Source: Alphaproteobacteria bacterium (GTDB lineage Bacteria; Pseudomonadota; Alphaproteobacteria; DATDPM01). From it: a DNA stretch of 49,423 nucleotides. This document shows positions 9,801 to 19,357 of this stretch, piece by piece. Where the stretch lies: the NCBI GenBank assembly GCA_035292745.1, contig DATDPM010000011.1, forward strand, positions 1 to 49,423, given 5' to 3'. Position numbers and translations under genes: made by a program. The stretch's first letter is position 1. Each line of letters opens with the position of its first letter. The notes beneath the pieces are model-generated. The model searched no databases. It was given only the letters and a program-made list of their open reading frames with translations, and was not told where the DNA came from.

Positions 9801-10561
9801 TGCGCGGCCCGGATGGGCGATACTTCCACGCCCGCGCGGTTACGCGAGACGTCAAGGAACACTTCCTCGAGGGTGTCGCGCCCGAAGCGCTCGATGAGGC
9901 CGGCCGGCGTCCCCTTCTCGACGATGCTGCCGGCGCGAAGAATCATGACGTGGTCGCACATGCGCTCCACCTCGGTCATGTTGTGGGAGGCGAGCAATAG
10001 CGTCGCGCCCGTCCGGCGCTGGTAATCGAGCAGGTAACTCCGCACCCAATCCCCGGTGTCGGGATCGAGCGAGGCGGTAGGCTCATCCAGCAGCAACAGT
10101 TCCGGCTGGTTCAAGAGCGCCTTGGCAAGCGCGATGCGCGTCTTCTGGCCGGCCGAAAGCGTGCGCGACTGGCGATCTAGGAATTCGACGATGGAAAGAT
10201 CCTCCGCCACGCTGGCGATGCGGGCAGCCGTATCCTCTAGGCCGTAGAGATGGCCGTAGACGACGAGGATCTCGCGCACGGTCAGCCGGCCCGGCAAATC
10301 CACATAGGGCGAGGAGAAATTCATGCGCGGCAGAACTTTCTGACGGTGCCGCAACATGTCCACGCCGAAGATGGCGATGCTCCCCGAGGTGGGAAGCAGC
10401 AGCCCCAGCAGCATGGCGAGCGTCGTCGTCTTTCCCGCGCCGTTGCCGCCCAAAAGCGCCGTCGTGGTGCCCCGCCGCACCGAGAAATCGATGGAATCGA
10501 CGGCCAGCACCTCTCCGTAGCGCTTGGTGAGACCGCGAACTTCAATGACGGCTTCCTGCAT
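9797..10561 (-). CDS. ABC transporter ATP-binding protein, partner of the ABC-2 permease
   Basis: Walker A GGNGAGKTT, signature LSAGQKTR, Walker B LLLLDEPT. Start taken at MQEAVIEVRGL (10561). The ORF could extend to 10621. Confidence 0.88.
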   Translation of the reverse strand: MQEAVIEVRGLTKRYGEVLAVDSIDFSVRRGTTTALLGGNGAGKTTTLAMLLGLLLPTSGSIAIFGVDMLRHRQKVLPRMNFSSPYVDLPGRLTVREILVVYGHLYGLEDTAARIASVAEDLSIVEFLDRQSRTLSAGQKTRIALAKALLNQPELLLLDEPTASLDPDTGDWVRSYLLDYQRRTGATLLLASHNMTEVERMCDHVMILRAGSIVEKGTPAGLIERFGRDTLEEVFLDVSRNRAGVEVSPIRAAQ

Positions 10562-10704
10562 CGCCCCAATATGGCGTGCCGGACCTGGCGCTGCCAGGGG
10601 CGGGTTGGCGGCCGCCGCCATGCAGGCCGAGAATTGCCGGCCGCAGCCGCGCTATAATCGCCGGGCCGGACCCGTGAGGGGCGGCCCCGAATTCTCGAGA
10701 GACG

Positions 10705-12066
10705 GTGATGGAACAGGGCGTCGATCCCGAAACACAGACCATGGCGCGCCGCCGCTTCCGCGGCCGTGTGCGCCGGCGCACGCTGGCCCTCATCCGTTGG
10801 ATCGCGGTCGCCGGCCAACTGGTCACGATCCTCACCGTCCACTACGGGCTCGGATTCGATCTTCCCATCGGATTCGCCATGGCGGTGGTCGCCGCCTCGG
10901 CCCTGTTCAATCTATGGTCATGGCCGCGGCATCCGGCGCGGCTGTCCAACCGCGAGGCGATGTTCTCGCTCGGCTTCGATATCCTGCAGCTCAGCCTCCT
11001 CTTGTTCCTGACGGGCGGGCTGCACAATCCCTTCGCCTTTCTGATCCTGGCGCCGGTCACCATCGCGGCGACCATCCTCTCGCTTTCGAGCACGATGGTG
11101 CTGGGCGTGCTCTCGGCGGTTTGCATCACCGTGATGGGGATCTGGCATCTGCCGCTGCCCTGGGAGGGCGCGCCCCTGGTGCTGCCGCTTCTTTATCTTC
11201 TCGGCCTGTGGATCGCCATGGTCCTCTCCATCGGCTTGCTTGCGGCCTACAACTGGAGCGTCGCCGAAGAGACGCGGCGGATGTCGGATGCGCTTGCGGC
11301 GACCCAGATGGCGCTCGCGCGCGAGCAGCGCGTGTCGGCGCTCGGCATGTTGGCGGCCTCGACCGCGCACCAGCTGGGAAGTCCGCTTGGAACCATCGCC
11401 ATCGTGGCCAAGGAGATCGCCCGCGACCTGCCGCCGGGAAGCGCGCTCGCCGACGACGTGGCGCTGCTGCTGAGCGAGAGCCGCCGCTGCCGCGAGATTC
11501 TCGCCGGACTCGACGACCATCGCGACGAAACCGGGGCCTCGCCCTTCGAGCACCTCCCCGTGTCCGCGCTGATCGAGGCCGCGGCCGAGCCGCGCGGGAG
11601 GGACCCCATCGCCATGCACTTCGAAAGCGGCCCGGCCGTAGGTTCGCGGGAGACCCCCGAGCCTCTGGTCGCCCACAGCCCCGAGATTATCCATGGGCTG
11701 GGCAGCATCATCGAGAACGCCATCCAGTTCGCCCGCAGCGAGGTGATAATCACTACCTCCTGGACCCCGGCCGAAATCGAGGTCACCATTGAAGACGACG
11801 GGCCCGGCTTCTCCGCGCATATCCTTCCCGTGATCGGCGAGCCGTATATCTCCAGCCGCAAGGGCACCGGCGAGCACATGGGGCTGGGCCTGTTCATCGC
11901 GCAGACGCTGCTGGAGCGCACGGGCGGCGTCGTATCCTTCGGGAACGGGATGCGCGGCGCGGTGGTGACGGTGCGCTGGCCTCGCGCGGCGCTGGAGCGT
12001 GACGGCGAAGGCGAAGAAAAGGGCGCCGGAGAAGACAAGAAAGTAGCGGCCGTGTCGCAATCTTGA
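10705..12066 (+). CDS. regB: RegB/PrrB/ActS-family redox-responsive sensor histidine kinase
   Basis: N-terminal polytopic membrane region, H-box STAHQLGSPLG, Cys-containing ESRRCREIL segment, G-boxes DDGPGF and GLGLF. It is followed by the RegA-type regulator. Confidence 0.88.
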   Translation: MMEQGVDPETQTMARRRFRGRVRRRTLALIRWIAVAGQLVTILTVHYGLGFDLPIGFAMAVVAASALFNLWSWPRHPARLSNREAMFSLGFDILQLSLLLFLTGGLHNPFAFLILAPVTIAATILSLSSTMVLGVLSAVCITVMGIWHLPLPWEGAPLVLPLLYLLGLWIAMVLSIGLLAAYNWSVAEETRRMSDALAATQMALAREQRVSALGMLAASTAHQLGSPLGTIAIVAKEIARDLPPGSALADDVALLLSESRRCREILAGLDDHRDETGASPFEHLPVSALIEAAAEPRGRDPIAMHFESGPAVGSRETPEPLVAHSPEIIHGLGSIIENAIQFARSEVIITTSWTPAEIEVTIEDDGPGFSAHILPVIGEPYISSRKGTGEHMGLGLFIAQTLLERTGGVVSFGNGMRGAVVTVRWPRAALERDGEGEEKGAGEDKKVAAVSQS

Positions 12067-12073
12067 GGAAGCC

Positions 12074-12649
12074 ATGAAGGATGCAAATGACAAACCGGCC
12101 GCGGGTGACGCGGAGGCTCACGGGGGCGACAAGTCGCTCCTCGTCGTCGATGACGATGCGCCGCTGCGCACGCGACTCGCGCAGGCGATGTCGCGGCGCG
12201 GGTTCACCGTCACCGCCGCCGGCAGCGTCGCCGAGGCGCGCGAGGCCGTGGCCCGGCATGCCCCCGCCTATGCGGTGATCGATCTTCGTCTCGAAGACGG
12301 AAGCGGACTCGAGGTGGTGAACGCGCTGCGGGCGCAACGGCCGGAAGCGCGCATCGTCATGCTGACGGGGTACGGCAACTTCGCCACCGCGGTCGCGGCG
12401 GTCAAGGCGGGCGCCGTCGATTATCTGTCCAAGCCGGCCGACGCCGATATGGTGGAGGCCGCACTTCTCGCGACCGGCAAGAGTCTGCCGCCGCCGCCCG
12501 AGCAGCCGATGTCGGCGGAGCGCGTGCGCTGGGAGCACATCCAGCGCGTGTTCGAGCAATGCGACAGAAATGTCTCGGAGACCGCGCGCCGGCTCAACAT
12601 GCACCGGCGCACGTTGCAGCGAATCCTGGGCAAGCGCGCGCCGCGCTGA
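12074..12649 (+). CDS. regA: RegA/PrrA/ActR-family response regulator
   Basis: Receiver domain LLVVDDD ... VIDLRLEDGSG. The C-terminal HTH NVSETARRLNMHRRTLQRIL is characteristic of this family. Confidence 0.92.
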   Translation: MKDANDKPAAGDAEAHGGDKSLLVVDDDAPLRTRLAQAMSRRGFTVTAAGSVAEAREAVARHAPAYAVIDLRLEDGSGLEVVNALRAQRPEARIVMLTGYGNFATAVAAVKAGAVDYLSKPADADMVEAALLATGKSLPPPPEQPMSAERVRWEHIQRVFEQCDRNVSETARRLNMHRRTLQRILGKRAPR

Positions 12650-12657
12650 GAGCGCAG

Positions 12658-13098
12658 TTACATCTCATAGAACAGGTAGCGAATGCCGATGATCATCCCG
12701 ATCCCGGCGAGAACGATGACGCCGAAAAGCAGCGTCAAGGCCACCGGTCCCGGCCCCGATTTTCGCGGCAACCGAGGCCGGCCGGCGGCGCTTTCCTTGA
12801 ATTCGCGGTTGCCCGCGGCCCGGCGCGCTTCCCGCACCTCGCGCCGCGTTGTCTTTTGCCGCTCCATCGTGTCGGCGTTCGCCGCCTCGGTCTTGCTGGC
12901 GCGGAACACGGTCTTCGACGTGATTTTCCCGGAGTCCGCGTCGAACCGCTCCTCGACCACGCGGATGGCGGAATACCGCCCGCCCGCGTGCACGCGCTGC
13001 GCCTCATACACGGCGATCTGGCGATCGTCGTAAACCGAATCGATCTTCCAGACGCCGCCCGTATATGTATGAAGTTCGAAGCTGACGTTTCCCGACAC
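12658..13098 (-). CDS. Hypothetical tail-anchored membrane protein, paralog A
   Basis: GTG start. About 65-aa N-terminal domain (FELHTYTGGVWKI ... IRVVEERFD ... KTVFR), a basic low-complexity linker, and a single C-terminal TM LLFGVIVLAGIGMIIGIRYL. Paralogous to 13799..14206. Confidence 0.7.
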   Translation of the reverse strand: MSGNVSFELHTYTGGVWKIDSVYDDRQIAVYEAQRVHAGGRYSAIRVVEERFDADSGKITSKTVFRASKTEAANADTMERQKTTRREVREARRAAGNREFKESAAGRPRLPRKSGPGPVALTLLFGVIVLAGIGMIIGIRYLFYEM

Positions 13099-13182
13099 TG
13101 CCCTGCCCGTACTGAGCCGGCGGATTTCTCTCCGGCCTCTCGCTTTTTAACTCGTTGTCTTACTTGCCGTTTTGTCCGGCCG

Positions 13183-13653
13183 TTAGCCTTCCGTGACCTC
13201 GCGGCAGTTCGCCGCGCCCAAAAGCCGGTCGATGTCCATGCCGTTGTCGGAGAGCGGAAGGATGATGCTGCGATACAGAATCTTGATGCCGCGCCGGTCC
13301 ACGAATTCGCCGCCGAAAGTAATGGGAACTTTTTTTACCAGTACTTGGCCGTAGTACGAAAGGCCTTTCGAAATCAGCGTATCGGCCGGTGCTTGCGAAA
13401 GCCGTTGCCCCGCGAGATCCACGCCGGCGCATTCGGCAAGCGCCGTACCGACATAGGAAATTTCGGGGTCGGTTTCCTTGCCTGCCACGTCGAGCATGAC
13501 GCAATGCGGCCACATGTCGGCAATGACCCTGGCATCGATCGCCGATTCGGAGGGAAATTTCTCGACGTCGCCAAGGCCGCGCCAATACTTGAGCAACCGC
13601 AACACCAGTCGGCGTTCCATGGGGTTGGATTCTTCCGTCATCGCATCCGTCAT
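13183..13653 (-). CDS. PAS_5-type (PF07310-like) PAS domain protein
   Basis: LLKYWRGLG ... FPSESAIDARVIADMWPHCVMLDV ... YRSIILPLS, the pattern typical of small alphaproteobacterial PAS_5 proteins. Confidence 0.75.
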   Translation of the reverse strand: MTDAMTEESNPMERRLVLRLLKYWRGLGDVEKFPSESAIDARVIADMWPHCVMLDVAGKETDPEISYVGTALAECAGVDLAGQRLSQAPADTLISKGLSYYGQVLVKKVPITFGGEFVDRRGIKILYRSIILPLSDNGMDIDRLLGAANCREVTEG

Positions 13654-13798
13654 CGCGTCCTTCTGCCTTGCCGGGTCGGAGACCGGCCGCGGATTCCAAG
13701 CCCTCCAGAATATCCGATTTCGTTTAATGGGCGGTTAAGGCTGCTGCAAGAAAAACAGATCCGATGAAATCGTGCCGGCATCCCGGTTGCAACGTCGA

Positions 13799-14206
13799 TT
13801 ACGGACTCGCGCCCAAGTAACGCAGTGCGATGATGAGGGCAATGCCGGCGCAAACGATCGCGGCGAATTTGAGCGAGAGGCCGACGACCCCCGGCTTCTT
13901 CCGTGCGCGCGGCGCCGTGCTCTGGGGCGTTCCGGCAGCCGCCGCCTCGGGCGCCGCCGGGGCGGCCGATGCCGGTTTCTCCGGCGCCTTGGCCTGATTC
14001 TTGTTGCGTATGAAGACGGTGCGGAACTTCTGTTCCGCGGAATTCTGGTCAAACGCCTCCTCGACGACGCGGACCTTCGAGACCTGCGGATTCATCATGA
14101 TGCTTTCCGCTTGATGCACCGCCAGCTCCTTGCTGTCGGTGATGGTCTCGATCCGCCAATCACCGTTGCGGAACGACTGAACCTCGAAGGCGGTGATCGC
14201 GCTCAT
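13799..14206 (-). CDS. Hypothetical tail-anchored membrane protein, paralog B
   Basis: Same architecture as paralog A: FEVQSFRNGDWRI ... VRVVEEAFD ... RTVFI, an Ala/Pro-rich linker, and C-terminal TM LKFAAIVCAGIALIIALRYL. Confidence 0.7.
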   Translation of the reverse strand: MSAITAFEVQSFRNGDWRIETITDSKELAVHQAESIMMNPQVSKVRVVEEAFDQNSAEQKFRTVFIRNKNQAKAPEKPASAAPAAPEAAAAGTPQSTAPRARKKPGVVGLSLKFAAIVCAGIALIIALRYLGASP

Positions 14207-14626
14207 GACGGCCGCAGCGCCTTCGCCGGGATGCGGGCGCGTGTTTCCCGTCGTCCGAAAATGGCAGGTGTGTCGCGGCGCGATGGAGGCGGCAATCGCC
14301 CCATGGCGGTCCTTCCCGGCAGATGGTTCTTCACGTCACGCGAATTCTCGGAAAATCTTGCGGGTTCACGGTTAACATTCCGTCAAGAAATGAGCTTCTT
14401 GGCTGCTTCCGTCCGGTCCCCGGGCGAATCAAGGAATAATTAACAAAATCAATATAATATCCGTGTCCCCGTGGCGGCCGTCCGGCGGCCGGAAGAGGGT
14501 TCCAGGGGCGGCCCCCCGTCGTGGCGGGGGTGTGGCCGATGTGTTAGAACATGGGCCGCCCGCGGGCGAACCGCGGGCCACGTCTTGCGGTTGGGAATCA
14601 CGCCGCCGGTCATCCGGGAGAACGCC

Positions 14627-16762
14627 GTGGCAGAGTCGGGCGCAGCGCCAACGGGCTTAGGCAAGCCGCCGCGCCGGGCGGGGATTACGTTCGGACTCGT
14701 GGCGCTCGGGATCGTCGTCGCGGCGGTCATCGGCGTCATCCTCGTATTCTATTTTGTCGGTATCGAACGCGATCGCGATCTGCGGGCGTGGCAGGACCGC
14801 CTCGGCATCGTCGCCGATTCGCGCGTTGCGGCCGTCAACAACTGGGTCGAGCAGCAGTACGCCAATCTCAACGCGCTGGCGCAGAATGCCTCGCTGCAAA
14901 TCTACATGACCGAACTGTCTCTTTCAGCGGGCGACAAGACCAAGGTGACGGAAGCCGCGGCGCAGGCCGGTTATTTGCGCAACCTTCTCGTCGCGAAGGC
15001 GGAACAGTATGGCTTCACCGGCCCGCCCGTCGGTCCCGAGGTGAACGCCAATGTGAAGCGCCCGGGTATCGCCGGCATCGCGTTGGTGGATACCGACAAC
15101 AAGATCGTCGTCGCCACGCCTCAAATGCCGCCGCTCGAAGGCGCACTGCGTGATTTTCTTGCCGCCATACCGCGCGGATCGCGGGGCGCGACCAGTCTTT
15201 ATCTCAATCCCAGCGGCAATCCGAGCATGGGCTTCGCCGTTCCCATCTTCGTCGTGCAAAGCGAAGGCAACGCGTCACAGCAGATCGGCACCGTGATCGG
15301 CGTCAAGGAAGTCGGCTCGGAATTATTTCCGTTGCTGAAACAGCCGGGCGAAACGGAAAAAACCGCGGAGACGTATCTGGTAGAATCGAATGGCAGCGTA
15401 ATCCAGTATCTCTCGCCGCTCATGGACGGCACGCCGGCGCTGAGGCGCAAGCTCGCGTTCAGCACTCCCGAGCTCGATGCGGCGTTCGCGGCTTCCAAGC
15501 CCGGCGACTATGCAATCAAGATCGACTACCGGGGCGAAAAGGTTTTGGTGACGGGCCGAAGAGTCGCGCTCATGCCGTGGACTCTGATTCACAAGGTGGA
15601 CCGCAAGGAAGCGCTCGCCGACAGCGACGCGCGAAGCGTTCGGTTGCTCACGGTATTCCTGCTGGCGATCGCGGGGGTGAGTGCGGCTTTACTCGCCGTG
15701 TGGTGGCACGGAAGCTCGCGGCGCGCGCGGGACGCCGCGTCTCAATACCACACGCTGGCTAACCGGTATGAAAAACAGAGCCGGTTCCTGCAGCTCGTAA
15801 CCGACAGCCAGCCCAACGCGATCTTCATCGTGGATGAAGAAACCGGCAAGCTGCGCTTCGCCAATCGCGCCGTGGCCGAGCGCTCCGGCGTCACGGCCGC
15901 CGATCTGATCGGCAAGACCATGGCCGCGGTGTTCGGGCCGGGCGAGGCCAAGCGATACCAGCGCCACAATGAACGCGCCGCCGAAACGAACGCGCCGTTC
16001 GCGGCGGTCGATCGCGTGGTGATCGGCGAAGAGCCGCACGTCCTCCAGGCAGAGCACATTCCGCTCGCCAAGACCGAATCCGAGGAGGGCGGCATCCTGG
16101 TCGTCGAACGCGACATCACCGCCGCCGTCACCGAGCGCGAGCGGCGCGAGCGCGTGCTGCGCCAGCTGGTTCGCACCCTCGTCGCCGTGGTCGACCGCCG
16201 CGACCCGTTCGCCGCGAATCATTCGATGCGGGTGGGCGCGGTTTCACGCGCCATCGCCGAGGAAATGGGGCTCGATCCGGTCACCGTCGATACCGCCGAG
16301 ATCGTTGGCAGCCTGATGAACTTCGGGAAGATTCTGGTTCCGGAGGGCGTCCTGACACGGGCCGGGTCGCTGTCCGAAGACGAGATGCGCCGGGTGCGGG
16401 ATTCGCTGCAGACGACGGCGGATCTCCTGGCGGGAATCGAGTTCGATGGCCCCGTCGTGGAGGCCCTGCGCCAGCTTCAGGAGCGTTGGGACGGCTCGGG
16501 CGGCCCCAAGGGATTGAAGGGCGAAGAGATCGTGCTTGCCGCCCGCATCGTCGCGGTCGCCAACGCATTCGTCGCCATGGTGAGCCCGCGCGCCTACCGC
16601 CCCGGCGTGGGCTTCGATCAGGCGACCGAGACCTTGCTGACGCAGGCGGGCAAGGTCTTCGACCGGCGGGTGGTGTCGGCGCTGGTCAATTATCTCGACA
16701 ATCGCGGCGGGCGGCAGCGCTGGGGCGATTTTGCCCGAGGTCCCAGCGCGTCAACGGACTGA
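14627..16762 (+). CDS. Membrane sensor with a periplasmic Cache-like domain, a PAS domain and a degenerate HD-GYP domain
   Basis: Two TM segments flank an approximately 300-aa periplasmic region. These are followed by PAS (NAIFIVDEETGKLRFANRAV) and an HD-GYP-like C-terminus (HSMRVG ... ERWDGSGGPKGL). GTG start at 14627 has SD GGGAG 6 nt upstream. The listed ORF begins at 14471 with Arg/Gly-rich sequence. Confidence 0.8.
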   Translation: MAESGAAPTGLGKPPRRAGITFGLVALGIVVAAVIGVILVFYFVGIERDRDLRAWQDRLGIVADSRVAAVNNWVEQQYANLNALAQNASLQIYMTELSLSAGDKTKVTEAAAQAGYLRNLLVAKAEQYGFTGPPVGPEVNANVKRPGIAGIALVDTDNKIVVATPQMPPLEGALRDFLAAIPRGSRGATSLYLNPSGNPSMGFAVPIFVVQSEGNASQQIGTVIGVKEVGSELFPLLKQPGETEKTAETYLVESNGSVIQYLSPLMDGTPALRRKLAFSTPELDAAFAASKPGDYAIKIDYRGEKVLVTGRRVALMPWTLIHKVDRKEALADSDARSVRLLTVFLLAIAGVSAALLAVWWHGSSRRARDAASQYHTLANRYEKQSRFLQLVTDSQPNAIFIVDEETGKLRFANRAVAERSGVTAADLIGKTMAAVFGPGEAKRYQRHNERAAETNAPFAAVDRVVIGEEPHVLQAEHIPLAKTESEEGGILVVERDITAAVTERERRERVLRQLVRTLVAVVDRRDPFAANHSMRVGAVSRAIAEEMGLDPVTVDTAEIVGSLMNFGKILVPEGVLTRAGSLSEDEMRRVRDSLQTTADLLAGIEFDGPVVEALRQLQERWDGSGGPKGLKGEEIVLAARIVAVANAFVAMVSPRAYRPGVGFDQATETLLTQAGKVFDRRVVSALVNYLDNRGGRQRWGDFARGPSASTD

Positions 16763-16791
16763 AGCAGAATCAGGACGCGGAAAGGCCGCCG

Positions 16792-17454
16792 ATGGCGCTC
16801 AACATTCAACTCAACAACGGCGTGATTCTCGGATTCCCGACGCCGCTGCTGCGCCAAGAGGTCAAGGGCGCGGAGCGGATCAACACGGCGCTGCGTGCCG
16901 CGATTCTGAAACGCGCGAAATCCGAGCCCTCGGTGGCGCGCCATAACGTCGGCGGCTGGCGCTCGGGCGACGACCTGCTCACCTCGCCGCTGAAGGAAGT
17001 CGGCGTGATCAAGGCGGCGATCAACAAGGCCATCGCCCAGCTCACCCAACTCACCATGGGCGTGAGCGGCAAGACGGTGCGCGGCGAGGTGAACGCGAGC
17101 GCGTGGGCGACGGTGTGCCGTCCGGGCGATTACGTGAAGCCGCACATCCACCCGCTCTCGACTTGGTCGGGCGTCTATTTCGTCAGCGGCGACGACCAAG
17201 TCGAAGGCCATCCGGACAGCGGCATCTTGGAGTTTCTCGACCCGCGATCCGCGACCGATTTGCTGCAAACGCCCGGCAATCCCTTCGGCGCATCGTTCAA
17301 GGTGAAGCCGACACCGGGCGTGCTCGTCGTCCATCCGAGCTGGCTCGTGCATTTCGTCAATCCGTATCAGGGTTCAGGCGAACGCATCACGATCGGCTTC
17401 AACGCCTTCATCAAAAGCGTCGCCCTGACCGAGCGGAACGCCGACGACTCCTGA
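16792..17454 (+). CDS. Putative 2OG-Fe(II) oxygenase-like protein (TIGR02466-like)
   Basis: KPHIHPLSTWSGVYF and VVHPSWLVHFVNP match the small 2OG-oxygenase-like family. Start at MALNIQ. The upstream ORF extension is Arg-rich junk overlapping the preceding gene. Confidence 0.65.
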   Translation: MALNIQLNNGVILGFPTPLLRQEVKGAERINTALRAAILKRAKSEPSVARHNVGGWRSGDDLLTSPLKEVGVIKAAINKAIAQLTQLTMGVSGKTVRGEVNASAWATVCRPGDYVKPHIHPLSTWSGVYFVSGDDQVEGHPDSGILEFLDPRSATDLLQTPGNPFGASFKVKPTPGVLVVHPSWLVHFVNPYQGSGERITIGFNAFIKSVALTERNADDS

Positions 17455-17663
17455 TCCTCCCGCGGCTTAGCGGTTGTTTGGGCTGCGAATCTGGCGTTAA
17501 ATACCGCCGGCATTCGGCCGCGTCCAATGGGGCGCGCCGGGAGCACGGTCGGGGGAGTTTTTCGACCCAGCGCCAAGCCGTGAAGGGGGCAATCGGCCCA
17601 CGCCGAACGCCACCGGCGCCAAGCGCCGCGGGGCCGGGCCGAAATCAGGGAGGGATGTTCGCG

Positions 17664-19331
17664 ATGACACGCCACGATCGGGTCCACGCTCCGCGGCCGA
17701 GCGGCGGTCTTGCCGCGGCATGGCTGGCCGCTGCGGCGGCGGCGGGGATACTGGCTGCTTGCGAAAGCGCGCCGACACAGCCGCTCGGCACCGTCGGTCA
17801 CATTCAAGGCTACGTCGGCGACATCGCGGCCGACGAGCCGCAGGCGGTCGAGGTCGCGCGCCAGGTTCTCTCGGCGGGCGGATCCGCGGCCGACGCGGCG
17901 GTCGCCCTCGACTTCACGCTCGCGGTGACGCTTCCCTCGCGCGCGAGCCTGGGCAGCGGCGGCGTTTGCCTCGTTTACGACAATCCGACGCAGAAAATCG
18001 AGACGCTCAGTTTCGTGCCCAAAGCCTCGGCCGAGGGCGCGGGACAAAGCGCCGCCCCCGTCGCCATTCCCGGCAATCCGCGCGCGATGTTCGCGCTGCA
18101 ATCGAAATACGGCCATCTCTTGTGGGAGCAGCTTCTGGCGCCCGCCGAAAATCTGGCGCGGACCGGCACGCCGGTCTCGAAGTCGTTGGGCCGCGACCTG
18201 ACGCTGGCAAGCGGTCTGCTCGCCAAGGATCCCGAGGCGATGCGCGTTTTCGGGCGCAAGGGCGCGGGCGTGCTGAATGAAGGCGATAAACTGGTCCAAG
18301 CCGATCTCGGCGTGCTGATCGCGAAATTGCGCAGCGCCGGTCCCGGCGATTTTTACGACGGCATGCTGGCGCCGGCGGTGGCGCGCCGATTCAGCGAGGC
18401 CGGCCAATCGACCGGCAGCTCGATCTCCGCCGGCGACCTGCGCGAGTACCAGCCGGATTGGGAAGAGGCCATCGCGGTTCCCTTCGGCGACGACACGCTC
18501 CATTTCGCCCCGCCGCCCGCGGCGGCGGGCGCCGTCGCGGCCGAGATCTGGCTGATGCTCACGGAGGACGACCGCTACAAAAGCGCGAAAGACGCGGACC
18601 GCGATCATCTTTTCGCCGAGGCCTCGATGCGGGCGTTCGCCGACCGCGCGGGCTGGCTCGAGCCGAGCGGCGAAAGTAATGTCGCCGCCAATGACATCGC
18701 GACGCCCGCCCGCGCCAAGGAGCTCATGAGTTCCTTTTCGGCTTCCGATCACACGCCCGCCAACACGCTCAAGCCCGAACCCGTGCCCATGCCGGAAAAT
18801 CCCGCCGCCACGTCCTTCGTCGTCGTCGACCGCGAAGGCTCGGCGGTCGCCTGCGCGCTCACCATGAACAATTTGTTCGGGCTGGGCCGGATGGCGCGGG
18901 GCACCGGGATCGTCGCCGCCGCGGCCCCGGTCAAGGGCAGCGGCGTCACCGCGCTGGCGCCGATGCTGGTCGTCAATCATGACAAGGGGCAGGTCAAATT
19001 CGCGGCCGGCGCGTCGGGCGGCGCCGCGGCGCCGGCGGCGCTCATGACGGTGGCGCTCGAGGCGCTGGCGGACGACCGGCCGCTCGCCGAGGCGATGGCG
19101 GCCAAGCGCGTGCTCGATACCGGCGCGCCCGACGTGCTCGTTTACGAGAAGGGTCTTGCGGGCGAGACGGTCAGCGCGCTGACCGCAAAAAAATACAAGG
19201 TCTTCGAGATCGAAAGTCTCGGGCTGGTGAACGCCGTCTCCTGTCCGGGCGGGGTGCCCAGGGATCCCAAGTCGTGCGTGGCGGCAACCGACCCGCGCGG
19301 AACCGGCGCCGCCTACGACACGGAAAAATAA
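17664..19331 (+). CDS. Gamma-glutamyltransferase-family lipoprotein
   Basis: Lipobox GILAAC. GGT-like SAGGSAADAAVA ... LGSGGVCLVYD and PAATSFVVVDREGSAVACALTMNNLFG around the expected autoprocessing Thr. Alternative ATG at 17655. Confidence 0.8.
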   Translation: MTRHDRVHAPRPSGGLAAAWLAAAAAAGILAACESAPTQPLGTVGHIQGYVGDIAADEPQAVEVARQVLSAGGSAADAAVALDFTLAVTLPSRASLGSGGVCLVYDNPTQKIETLSFVPKASAEGAGQSAAPVAIPGNPRAMFALQSKYGHLLWEQLLAPAENLARTGTPVSKSLGRDLTLASGLLAKDPEAMRVFGRKGAGVLNEGDKLVQADLGVLIAKLRSAGPGDFYDGMLAPAVARRFSEAGQSTGSSISAGDLREYQPDWEEAIAVPFGDDTLHFAPPPAAAGAVAAEIWLMLTEDDRYKSAKDADRDHLFAEASMRAFADRAGWLEPSGESNVAANDIATPARAKELMSSFSASDHTPANTLKPEPVPMPENPAATSFVVVDREGSAVACALTMNNLFGLGRMARGTGIVAAAAPVKGSGVTALAPMLVVNHDKGQVKFAAGASGGAAAPAALMTVALEALADDRPLAEAMAAKRVLDTGAPDVLVYEKGLAGETVSALTAKKYKVFEIESLGLVNAVSCPGGVPRDPKSCVAATDPRGTGAAYDTEK

Positions 19332-19357
19332 GGCCCGATGAGATCGGCGCGCGCGGC

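Noticed and set aside
10524-12604. ORFs 10524..11792 (+), 10918..12093 (-), 11247..12086 (-) and 11894..12604 (-)
   Set aside because: These are alternative frames or antisense of regB and regA, with low-complexity Arg/Pro/Ser-rich translations.
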